Below, piece after piece: positions 11,796 through 22,806 of a stretch of 64,000 nucleotides of DNA. Source of the stretch: Octopus vulgaris (Eukaryota); contig OX597828.1 in assembly GCA_951406725.2 (NCBI GenBank), positions 70,990,001-71,054,000 of the forward strand, read 5' to 3'. Made by a program: the position numbers and the translations under genes. Numbering within the stretch: position 1 is the first letter of the stretch; each line of letters starts with the position of its first letter. Under the pieces are notes generated by a model. The model had not been told where the DNA came from. It ran no database searches and saw only the letters and a program-made list of their open reading frames with translations.

Positions 11796-12780
11796 TGACA
11801 ACCAACAAATTGTCACATACTATATATATATATATATATATCCAAAATTTAGAGGACTGACCACTAAAAGTAGACAGCCTGTTGTCCACTTTTAGTGGTC
11901 AGTCCTCTAAATTTTGTATGTAAAAAAATTTTTAATCTTCGGATTTTTTAAAAATATGCTAGGCCACTAGTGTTAATTGATTAATATCAATTTCTACCCT
12001 TATCTAATTTTTTATATATATATATATATATATAGTTATAAATTTCTTGTGAAACACATAGATAGCGTAGAAGTGCTAAAGTTGAATCTGAGGCGTTAGA
12101 TAAATATGGTGGATACAAGAGAAGAAGTTCAAATCAGGCAGACTACGATTAACACACATACAGGTTTCATTAAGATAAAATAAGAATTGTCGAAACTGAA
12201 ATACATGTTGATATATTAGAGATATTGGACATCCTTATCATCGTTTAACGTCTGTTTTCCATGCTAGCATGGGTTGACACACAAAATGTTTGTATATGCA
12301 CGCACATGCACCCTGAATTATTTTTAACAACGAAGCTTGAAGTTGATAAAGCTATATAAATAAGTAACCTGTAGAATATTCAGGTAAAAAACATCTTGAA
12401 TGGAAAGAAGTCAATCCATACCAACATGGAAAAAAAGACATTCAATGATGATGGTATGTGTGCGTATATAAGTGTACACACACATAATGTTTGCATATAT
12501 GTGTGTGTATGTATTGTTTCCATCTTTTAGTCAGGAAGTGGCCATATCCTCTGCCACGGCCTCCAGACATTTGGGGCAAAAGATATTTTCCTCCAACCAA
12601 AAACTTGTCTCATATAAGTTTACCTTCCTTTGAGAGATTAGCTTCAATGATTACTCTTATGGCCTTCAGGCTGATGCTGGCTTCCTTACACTTCCATCTG
12701 TCCCCTGACTTTGAGATGATGGGATGTAAAGTTTACCTTAGTGGAATTAAAATCTTCAGATACAAAGATTTGGTACCTTA

Positions 12781-13015
12781 TTTACATTATTTACATTTGA
12801 CGTATATTTCTCCTCATCTTGTTTGTTGTTAACACAACGTTTCAGCTGATATACCCTCCAGCCTTCATCAGGTGTCTGGGGGGAAATTTCAAACCTGAGT
12901 TCTCATTCCTAAGGTATTTTTCAATGTTATTATTATTATTCAGGTCACTGCCTGGAATCGAACTCGGAATCTTGGGGTTAGTAGCCTGCGCTCTTAACCA
13001 CTATGCCATATGCCC
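12781..13015 (-). mobile_element. tRNA-headed, hammerhead-containing non-autonomous retroelement
   Basis: Minus strand starts GGGCATATGGCATAGTGGTTAAGAGCGCAGGCTACTAACCCCAAGATTCCGAGTTCGATTCCAGG (A and B boxes), then (AAT)n, hammerhead and a TGTAAATAA tail. Second copy at 53113-53335. Confidence 0.75.
12831..12876 (-). ncRNA. Minimal type-I hammerhead ribozyme motif (Penelope-like type)
   Basis: Minus strand reads GACAC CTGATGA A GGCTG-GAGGGTATAT-CAGCT GAAA CG TT GTGTT: intact core, stems I and II, palindromic ACGT stem III. Confidence 0.8.
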
Positions 13016-13383
13016 ATGGGCATATATAAATGACTGCTTGTGTATGTGTATATATTTGTATGTGTGCATATCTATGTATATATATATGCATCTATTTATG
13101 TGTGTGTATACATGTACATGCGTCTGTATATATACAAGTATATGTGCATTTGTGTATACGTATCCGTGTGTATATTGTTCAGTTTATATATGTGTGTATA
13201 TATATTTTTGTGCATCTATGAATGTAAATAATGTAAATAATTCCTCATCTCTTAAATATAGAACTACAAAGGTTTGGAACTAACATTGTGAAGCATTCTA
13301 CCTTGTACTGTAACAACTTGTATATGTTTAGCTTATATACAGATGTATGAGAGTATATATGTATATACGTGCGTGTGTGTATA

Positions 13384-13418
<35 letters not shown>

Positions 13419-13843
13419 GACTATGTATGTGTGTATATATGTCTATGTATATATTTGTATGTGTCTATGTGTATGTATATTGTATGTGTGTATATATGTG
13501 TATGTGTGTATATATATATTTATGTGCATATCTGTGTATATATGCATCTATTTATGTGTGTGTGTGTGTGGGTATACATGTATATGTGTCTATATGTACA
13601 CATGTTTGTGTATGTGTATATTGTTCAGTTTATATATGTGTGTATGTATATTTTTGTATGTCTGTGCATCTATGAATATGTACTTTTTTTTGTTTGTTTA
13701 TTTGTATGTACGTGTGTATATTTGTGTCTTTGTTTGTGCATGTGTGTGTGTGTATATTTGTGAGAAGGCTTCGAATGTCCTGTCCGTGTTTTTTGTATCG
13801 TCTTCTAAATGTTTTGCGTTCTTGTCCCAGTTTGTATTTTTTT

Positions 13844-13886
<43 letters not shown>

Positions 13887-14469
13887 TTATATATTCATAC
13901 ATATGTACATTGTGTGTGTGTATTTACATGTATAATCTCATTTGTTTGTTGCTGTTTATTTCCCATGCTCTCATGGCTTAATCAAATACATACTGAGTCC
14001 TCAGTTTGCTGCTGGACGCTGTTTCAGTTTTTAGCTTTTACATGTTTTTCGTTTGGAGATTTCATTTCATTTCCCCTCGTCTTTGAAAGTGCCAAGCTAG
14101 CAGACAATTTGTAGACTGGGAAATGTCAACAAACCCCTCTGTTTGTAGTAAGTGGTTGGCATTAGGAAGGGCATCAGGTTGTAGAAACAATGACAAAACA
14201 GTTGGAGCCCTGGCACAGCTCTGCAATTTGCCAACTCCTGTTAAACCATCCAATCTATTCCAGGATGGAAAACTGACATTAAATGATGTGTACATGCACG
14301 CACAGACATTATTTGTGACAGGCTTTCATGCTGTTTCTGTCAATCAAATTCACTCACAGAGAGCATTAGTCAACACAGGACTTTAGTAGAAGATACTTGC
14401 TCAAGGTACCATGCTGTAGGAAAACCCATGTACATGTGTGTGTGTGTGAAGTCTTTCGTTCTGTTGACA

Positions 14470-15310
14470 ACAAAGTGCTTAAATTCCAAGTCAGCCTTGA
14501 TCTGTGCGCCATTTTTGGAACAACAGGAAGATTGCTGGTCAAGTACTCAGTCTTTTTGCTTTGAGAAACAAACCCACTTAAGCTGTACAATTCCCACAAG
14601 ATGTCAACTAGTCCTGTTCATCTTCACATTTGAAGATCCAAGAGGGCCAGAGAGATATAGACTCTGTCAATTGATTGTGAGGCTTTTATATTGGATGAGA
14701 TCATGACTTTGCCTGTTGAGGTGGTTTACCAGAAAGGGAAAAGAAACTAAAGTGGCTCCTTGAAGAATTTCTGATTTTTGTTGAAAACTCTTTAATTGAA
14801 CTGTCTGTGCTGTGGACAAAACTTGATGGGTTTTCATGCATGACAACAGCCTTGACCATCTGATCTAGGATTCTGTATAGGACAATCCTAGAATGCCTGT
14901 GACAAGCTTCAAAGTTGACAAGGCTTGCTTTCAGCAGGGCATGTATAGGAAGCATTCTTTTCTCTGGAGCCGAAACCTGGGCTGTGAAGAAGGAGCTCCA
15001 AGATCATCTCGATGGTACCTACATCAAGTTTCTCACGATGGCTCAAAATATCCCATAAAACCAAAGAGGAAATCCATGGACACCAACCATCTCTACTCAT
15101 ATCGGAATAGGTTTTACTGCTTACTGCTCTTGTGCTGGAGAACAGGCCATATCGGATGTCACCCTAACAGAGAACACAGATCACTTAACCACGTTCGTGT
15201 TATTGGCACAGAGAAACCTGAAATTGAGGTCTTACCAAAGCTAATGGTGGGACAGACAAGGATTCCTGGCATGGCATTGTGAAATGCAGCTTGGTTTACA
15301 GCGACTTGAA
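14470..15310 (+). mobile_element. Degenerate RTE-clade LINE fragment (post-RT region)
   Basis: Frame reading RACIGSILFSGAETWAVKKELQDHLDGTYIKFL resembles the RTE LLYGxETW...LDGTYTRML motif. Confidence 0.65.
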
Positions 15311-15809
15311 AAAGATATATATGATGTATATGCATGTATATACATACATGCATGCTTGCTATAAAATTCCTGTTGATTCAGCAGAAGCAATAATCGATAG
15401 AAATGTAGAGAATTCTTCAAGACATTCCAATTGAAAGGCTGTGATTTCCAGTCCTGAGAGTTGCTCTTTTCCAGTCCTCAGTTGGTAATCCAGGTCTGGT
15501 TTCCTTTTGAAATATCCATTATCTGAATATCTCTTGAAGGAAATATTTCTCCTTAAGTTCTTTTGTTTAAAAACCTCTTTGAACAGCAAAACTGGCTGCT
15601 TCAAGCTCATACTTTTCAGTTTCATTTCTGGTTGTCGTGGTAACATTATTGTAAACATCATCAGCTACATACAATCAAAGTCATGAAATTCTGTTGCTGT
15701 TTAAGCAAAGTTCCAAAATAATATTTTATTAGTTGTTTTTAAAAACAGTGAGTGTGTAAGCAGGTGTTCATTTTGCAAGCACCTGTGCAAATGTATTTAT
15801 ATGCATATA

Positions 15810-17053
15810 TATTGGGGGTCATCCCATAAATAATGCAGTTTTTTTTTCAATTGCATGAACTAAAAGTCAGATTGGAATGGGATAAACTACCTGCATCAAT
15901 TTGCTATAAAAGCAGGTAGTAATTTTACCTTGTACTTATTCTTAGTGCAAGTTTTGAAGAGTGCAGTTCAATTTTAACAGTTATTTTTTCAAAGCTATAA
16001 TGGAAGTGACAGAGGAGCATATTTGGCATATTTTACTTAATGAATTCAATAAAGGCTACAAAGTAATGGAAAGTACGAGGAATATTTATGCAGTATATGG
16101 GGATTGGACAATAAGTGTAAGCCAGTGTCAACGGGGGTTCCAGAAATTAGTCTAGAAGACAAACTTTGTCCTGAAAGATCTGTAGAACTCAACGAGGACG
16201 TACTGCAAACCCTGGTGGAACAAAATCCCCGTTGTAACTGTTGAGGAACTAGCAGAGAAGCTTGGATTTGGTCATTCAACCATTCATCAACACCTGCGTG
16301 TCATTGGAAAAGTCAGCAAGTTGGGTCAGTAGGTTTCTCACAAACTTTCCAAGTCTAACTGAATGCAGAGAGTGAATGTGTGCTCTTACGAATGAACCTT
16401 TTTTGGACCGAATAGTAACTGGTGACGAGAAATGGGTTCTCTATAAAAATGTCAAGCACCAAAGACAGTGGGTGGGGAAAGGAGAAACACTGGCACCCCA
16501 GGCTAAAGAAGGTTCTTCACCCACGTAAAGTGTTGTTATCTGTTTGGTGGGATATGAAAGGGCTAGTCCACTTAGAACTTTTAAACCCAAACCAAACAAT
16601 AACAAAGGAGATCTACTGTGAGCAGCTTGAGTGGCTTAAGTCAGCGCTAGAAGAAAACCAACCATCTTTGGTTTCAAGACAAAAGGTGTTCTTCAATCAG
16701 GATAATGCTCGACCACATACAACGGAGATGACATTTCAAAAGCTGAAGCAGTTTGAATGGGAAACGATGCCCCACCCACCATATTCACAGGACATTGCGC
16801 CATCTGATTATCATTTATTCTGCAGTTTTCGAAATCATTTGGAATGAAAAAAATATGAATTCTGTAGATGAGGTCAGAACAGTACTGGAGGAGTATTTTT
16901 CGTCACAGACAAGTGAATTTTGGAAGAGATGCTTTGCAAGTCTACCAGATAGATGGAAGAGCATTGTAGAAAATGAAGGAGAGTATATTTTAGATTAAAA
17001 AAGAACTTTATCTTAATTTTGAAAACTAAAAGAAGCATATAAAACTGCATTAT
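15810..17053 (+). mobile_element. Near full-length defective mariner element
   Basis: Transposase relic 16000-16998. TIR remnants ATAATGCAGTTTT / AAAACTGCATTAT; the right TIR runs into (TA)n. Confidence 0.9.
16000..16998 (+). pseudogene. Frameshifted mariner transposase (DD34D type)
   Basis: MEVTEEHIWHILLNEFNKG..., IVTGDEKWVLY, LHPRKVLLSVWWD, QDNARPHT, HPPYSQDIAPSDYHLF, ...LPDRWKSIVENEGEYILD*, spread across several frames with stops. Confidence 0.9.
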
Positions 17054-17221
17054 ATATATATATATGTATGTATATGTATAGTAAACCAGTAGGGATAAAA
17101 TAATCCAGGCGTTGATCTTGGAAAGCACTCACACTGTACACTGCTATCTGAAAATTACAATAGGGAGATATCCACTGGGAAAACCAGGGAGTGTCCTTTC
17201 GAATAAACAGAAAACATAGAA

Positions 17222-17530
17222 TATGAAATCTGATCAATAAGTATCTGGACTGTTGTCATAGTAACAAAGCTTAAGCACACTAAGTGAAGCCACTTGGCAC
17301 AAACTGACCTTGAATTCTGTTGTGCATGCTCACTACATTTTAACGTTCTAGCTCACTTCCGCTGTTCATGGCAGTGCTTGGAAGGAAGGTGTGTTGCATG
17401 TGGTCGTCACATTGACCATGACAGAGAAAATTATCATGATACCTGCTCAGAGGCCTTCACAAAGTTGCAGAAAGTGTATGGAGAGGAGTGTATGAGTGGT
17501 TCAGACGGTTTCAAGATGGCTGAAAAAAAT
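17222..17530 (+). mobile_element. 5' fragment of another mariner-like element
   Basis: TIR-like TATGAAATCTGATCAATAAGTATCTGGACT and HTH relic CSEAFTKLQKVYGEECMS. Confidence 0.6.
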
Positions 17531-18389
17531 AAGGTTGCTTATTTCTACTTAAAATAAACATTACCCTGTTTTCCCTGGTTGCGGACACATGACCATATTG
17601 TGGACAGCAAGTCCAGAAATATGTTCTATCCCTTATCCAAACCAACTCATGTCTAACAAAGATGTTAAATATCACTTGAATTTTTTTTTTTTCTGACAAA
17701 ATTGTTGTTTTTATGCTCCAATCAGAATTCGTTTTGTTTAAGGTTGTCTCCTCTCTTTGTCTTTTTGTGACCCCCTCTCTCCCTCCACTTCCCATTTTAC
17801 TACTGTATTGAGATGACTAAAAGTAAGTGCTGGACTATGTCTGGCTTTGCATATCTACACCCTGTGACAGGTATATATTCTGCTTAAAATTATTTACTGT
17901 TACAATTTATTCATCATCATCATCATTTAACATCTGTTTTCCATGCTAGCATGGGTTGGACGGTTCGACTGGGGTCTGGTAAGCCATGGAACGTGCCACC
18001 GGCACAGGGGCCAGAGCAGGCTGAGTTGAAAATAATGCATCTTCCACCCATGGTCATTCTGTCAGTTTATAATTCATCATCATCGTCATACGTCTGTTTT
18101 CCATGCTGGCATGGGTTGGACGGTTTGACTGGGGTCTGGGAAGCCAGTAGGCTGCGCCAGGCTCCAATCTGATCTGGCAAGGTTTCTACAGCTGGATGCC
18201 CTTCCTAACACCAGTCACTCTGAGAGTGTAGTGGGTGTTTTTTACATGCTACCAGCATGCTGGTGGCACTGGCATCAATCCCATTCGGATGGTGCTTTTT
18301 ACAGCCTGAATATGCTAAAATTTTTATATCGTTTTGTCATCATCACCATTGCTACCCTTTAACATCCCGTTTCCCATGCTGGCATGGGT

Positions 18390-18795
18390 TTTCAATCATT
18401 GGACTGTAGCCATGCTGGGGCACTGCTTTGAAAGGTTTAGTTGAACAAATCGACCCCAGTCCTATTTTTTTAACCCTAGCACTTGTTATATTAGTCTCTT
18501 TGGCTGAATTGCTAATTTACAGGAATGTAAACAAACAAACACCAGTTGTCAGGCTGTGGTAGTGGTGGACAAACACATACACAAAGACACACCATTATAT
18601 ATGTGTGTATTAAGAAAATATATATATAACGTTCACAAATAGGATGTTCTTTCTGTTTTTGTCTACTAGATCCACTCACAAGGCTTTGGTCAGCCTGGGG
18701 CTATAGAAGACACTTGCCTAAAATGCCACACAGTGAGACTGATCCTGAAAGCATGTGGTGAGGAAGCAAACTTCTTCCGACACAGCCACACCTGG
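18390..18795 (-). mobile_element. SINE family A, diverged copy
   Basis: Reverse complement of the family A body; followed by a + copy at ~18826-19175. Confidence 0.65.
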
Positions 18796-19940
18796 CCAAT
18801 ATGTATTCAATTTATAAAATTGAACATGGGCCTGGCTGTGTGGTTAAGATACTCACTTGGCAACCACATGGTTGCTGGTTCAATCCCGCTGCTCAATACT
18901 TTGGGGAAAATATCTTCTAATATAGAGCTGGGCCAGCCAATGCCTTGTGAGTGAATTTGGTAAGCAGAAACTGTGGAACCTTGTTATATGTGTATGTGTA
19001 AGTATGTCTGTGTTCATCTCTCACCACTTGCTAACTGGTGTTGGTTTGTTTGCATCCGTCCCTGTAGCTTATTGGTCCAGTTGAGAGACATAAAACAAGT
19101 ACCAAGCTTGAAAATCAGCTGTGGTGTCAATTTGATTTACTAAACCCTTCACTGCCCCAGCCTGGCCACAGTCATTACATATTATATATATTAATATATT
19201 TACTGGATGGTCATGCCTGGAATGTCTTTTGCAGCTTGTTAAATCCCCCCCAAAAAATAAAATGTAACACACACACAAGTAGCTGCCTATAAATTGAAAC
19301 TAAATGGATTCCATCATTATTTCTGTCTTTTCCATTTCGGTTTCTTTCTGAACCAGTCCAGCACATCAGTGAAACAGGAAACCACCTCAATCTGTGTCTG
19401 ACTAAATACAGCAAAATGTTGCTGCTAATTGTTGGTAGGAAATAATCTGGAAATTAAATTGTCTTTAGGAGCAATGAAATGCTTTTGCTTCTATGTAGAC
19501 AGAAATTTGTGCTCTAAATAGATGTTATGGACTCTCGTCTCAACACAGTTTCTGTCCAATAAAATTACACAAGAAACATTGGGTGGATTGATTTATTTAT
19601 ATATAATTGTTATTATTGAGTGTGAGAGCAGCGCACACCATCAAAGGGATGCTGGGATACAAATATACGAAGCCCGGTATGTCTGTCGTGATTACCAGTC
19701 TGATAAGGGTACACCAGGCACATGCGTCACAACCATACTTGCGTGACATGGTGATAAACAGTGCATGACCTTGCAAGTGAGGCCCAGTTAGTATTTTCTT
19801 CAGGTTAATTTGTCCATCTCACTCAGAAGGTCCCTGAGTAAGGATTGAGGATGAACGAAACATCCATGTTTCCAGAGGTGATTTATTCAAACCTTGAAGA
19901 ATTTGGGACATTATTATTAGTATTAGTATTATAAAAAATA

Positions 19941-20358
19941 GGCGACGAGCTGGCAGAACCATTTTGCACGCAAGATGAAATGCTTAGCGGTATTTCACCC
20001 GTCACTACGTTCTGAATTCAAATTCCACTAAGGTTGACTTTACCTTTCATCCTTTCAGAGGTTGATAAATTAAGTGTCAGTCGCATACTGGGGTCGACCT
20101 AATCGACTGGACCCCCTCCCCCAAAATTTCAGTTCTTGTGCCAATAGTAGACTGGCTCACTCAGTCAAACCATCCAACCCATGCCAGCATGGAAAGCAGG
20201 CGTTAAACAACAATGATGATGATTACAGATCGAAATTTAGAGGCCTGACCCAAGTTCAAAAGCTGTTACGCCTCTCGCAATTATCTATATATCTTTTCAT
20301 TAAAATTTACAGGTGATTCCCTACAGCTATGCACATTTTGTATTGAGCTGCATGTGGC

Positions 20359-20393
<35 letters not shown>

Positions 20394-21497
20394 GGTACAG
20401 CCATCTGGTTCACCAGCTCTCAGTCAAAATCGTCCAACCCATGCTAGCATGGAAAGCGGATGTTAAACGATGATGATTATTATTATTATTATTATTATTC
20501 AGGTGGCTTAGCAATTCTTTCAGTGCTTTATGTTCTGTGTTCAAATCTCACCAAGATCAACTTTACCTTCCGTCCTTTTAGCAGTGATAAACTAAGTACC
20601 AGTTGACCCCTGGGGTTGATCTGTCTTCCCTTCTCAAAATTGCTGGCCTTATGTGAAACATTAGTTATTTGCTCAAATTCTGCTGGGAGCAATGTTGCCT
20701 TTTGGGATCACTAAAATAAATACCAGTCAACTACTGGGGTCAGTATAATCAACTTCCCCCTCCCCTCAAAATTGCTGACCTTATACCAAAGATTATTATT
20801 ATTAAGGCGGCACGCTGGCAGAATCGTTAGCATTCCAGGCAAAATACTTAGTGGCATTTTGTCTGTCCTTAAGTTCTGAGTTCAAATTCCACTGAGGTTG
20901 ACTTTGCCTTTCATCCTTTCAGGGTCAATAACTTAAGTACCAATGAAACACTGGGGTCGATATAATCAACTAGTCCCCTCCCCCCAAAATTTCATGCCTT
21001 GTGCCTTCAGTAGAAAGTATTATTATTGCTTTTGTTGTTGTTGTTGTTATTGTTAGTATTAAGACAGCGAGCTGGCTGAGTTGTTAGTGCACTGGACGAA
21101 CTGCTTACCGATATTATGTCCGTCGCTCCGTTCTGAGTCCAAATTCCACCGAGGTCGATTTTGCCTTTCGTCGTATTGGGGTTGATAAATTAAGTACCAG
21201 TGAAACACTGGGGTCGATGTAATCGACTTATCCCTTCCCCAAAAAAATGGCTGCCCTTGTGGCAAACTTTGAAACCATTATTATTATTATTAAAGTGGCA
21301 AGCTGGCAGAATTGCTAGCATGCCAGGTGAATTGCTTAGCAGTATTTTGTCTGGCACTACATTCTGAGTTCAAATTCTGCCAAAGTTGACTTTGTCTTTC
21401 ATCCTTTTGGGTGTCGATAAATTAAATGCCAATGAAACACTGGAATCAATGTAATTGACTGGTCTTCCCCCCCCCCCCGATTTCAGGCCTTGTGCTG
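19941..21497 (+). mobile_element. Cluster of ~6 co-oriented SINE family B copies (Meta-domain-like)
   Basis: Repeated GGCGGCGAGCTGGCAGAA...GAGTTCAAATTCC...GCCTTTCATCCTTTCGGGGTCGATAAATTAAGTACC-like units separated by (TTA)n. Confidence 0.8.
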
Positions 21498-21589
21498 ACT
21501 CTACTTATTTCTGCACATCAGTTTAACGTTGGGAATATTCTGTCTCACTTTGAGCTCTCTTGGAATCGAAATTGAACCAATCCTATGAC

Positions 21590-21937
21590 TGGCACCCAGC
21601 AGTTGTCAGCACCCCTGAACTGGTGGTACGTAAAAAGCGCTATCCGAATCGTGGCTGATGCCAGTGTTGCCTCGACTGGCTTCCGTGCCGGTGGCACATA
21701 AAATGCACCAATCCGATCGTGGCCGTTGCCAGCCTCGCCTGGCACCTGTGCAGGTGGCACGTAAAAAGCACCCACTACACTCACAGAGTGGTTGGCGTTA
21801 GGAAGGGCATCCAGCCGTAGAAACACTGCCAGATCAGACTGGAGCCTGGTGCAGCCTTCTGGCTTCCCAGATCCCCGGTCTAACCGTCCAACCCATGCTA
21901 GCATGGAGAACGGACGTTGAACGATGATGATGATGAT
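21590..21937 (+). mobile_element. RTE-like 3' end / SINE family C with (GAT)n tail
   Basis: GGCGTTAGGAAGGGCATCCAGCCGTAGAAAC...ACCCATGCTAGCATGG...(GAT)n. Further copies at ~8868-9017, 30678-30862, 34740-34941, 40550-40733, 52000-52270, 63715-63945. Confidence 0.75.
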
Positions 21938-22103
21938 GTTTCGTCGTTGATCTGTTAACAAGTCACATGCTCAGAATTATAACTGATACGCTGGTGAATA
22001 TAGCCAAGCAAACTACTCTTCAGAGTGAGTATAGTTGTTAAAATGCAGCATGTTCCAAGACTTACCAGGACATGTGGGAGCATTAAATACAGTCTTCTTC
22101 TTA

Positions 22104-22219
22104 TTGATTGGCTGATAACAACATACAGCTGGTTGTTGATTGGCTGATAACAACATACAGCTAGTTGTTGATTGGCTGATAACAACATACAGCTGGTTGT
22201 TGATTGGCTGATAACAACA
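22104..22219. repeat. 32-bp tandem repeat, ~3.6 copies
   Basis: TTGATTGGCTGATAACAACATACAGCTGGTTG with period 32. Confidence 0.9.
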
Positions 22220-22272
22220 GTTCAATGAAAATTCTTAAAACCCACTTGCTTGTGTTGCTTTTGTTTTCACAG

Positions 22273-22305
22273 CTAAAAGAAAATCTCCCGTGAAAAACAA
22301 AGCAG
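22273..22305 (+). other. Candidate 33-nt microexon ((A)KRKSPVKNKA)
   Basis: ttgcttttgttttcacag| acceptor and CAG|gtatc donor; open in phase 1-1. Confidence 0.4.
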
Positions 22306-22452
22306 GTATCACCATCTTCTCAAAGATGGTATCACAGTCACATCACGATGATCTAACTTGGTCATCTCTTGCCGCCATAGCTGACTGAAACTGAAATGTC
22401 ACAATGCATTCTTATCCTGTTCTATTGTGTTACACTGGAATTCCCCAGATCT

Positions 22453-22806
22453 TTTACTTGTTTCAGTCATTAGACTGCAACCATGATGGGGAACTGCCTT
22501 CAAGAATTTTTCCAGTCAAATGAATTGACACCCCCACCCCTAATTTTTTAAGCCTGGTACTTATTCCATCAGTCTCTTTTGCTGAACTAAGTTATGGGGA
22601 TGTAAACACACCAACATCACACTTTCTCGAACAGCGATGAAACGGACACACATGATGGACTTCCTTCAGTTTCTGCCTACCAAATCCACTCACAAGGCTT
22701 TGGTCAGCCCAAAGCTATAGTGGAAGGCATTTACCTAAGGTACCATGCAGTGGGACTGAACCTGGAACCATGTGGTTGGGAAGCAAGCTCCTTACCACAC
22801 AGCCAC
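22453..22806 (-). mobile_element. SINE family A copy
   Basis: CTTGTTTCAGTCATT...GGGACTGAACC...TTACCACACAGCCAC. Confidence 0.75.

Noticed and set aside
12942-13015. Functional tRNA gene
   Set aside because: Acceptor and anticodon stems pair poorly and the head is fused to a repeated element, so it is treated as a SINE-type head.
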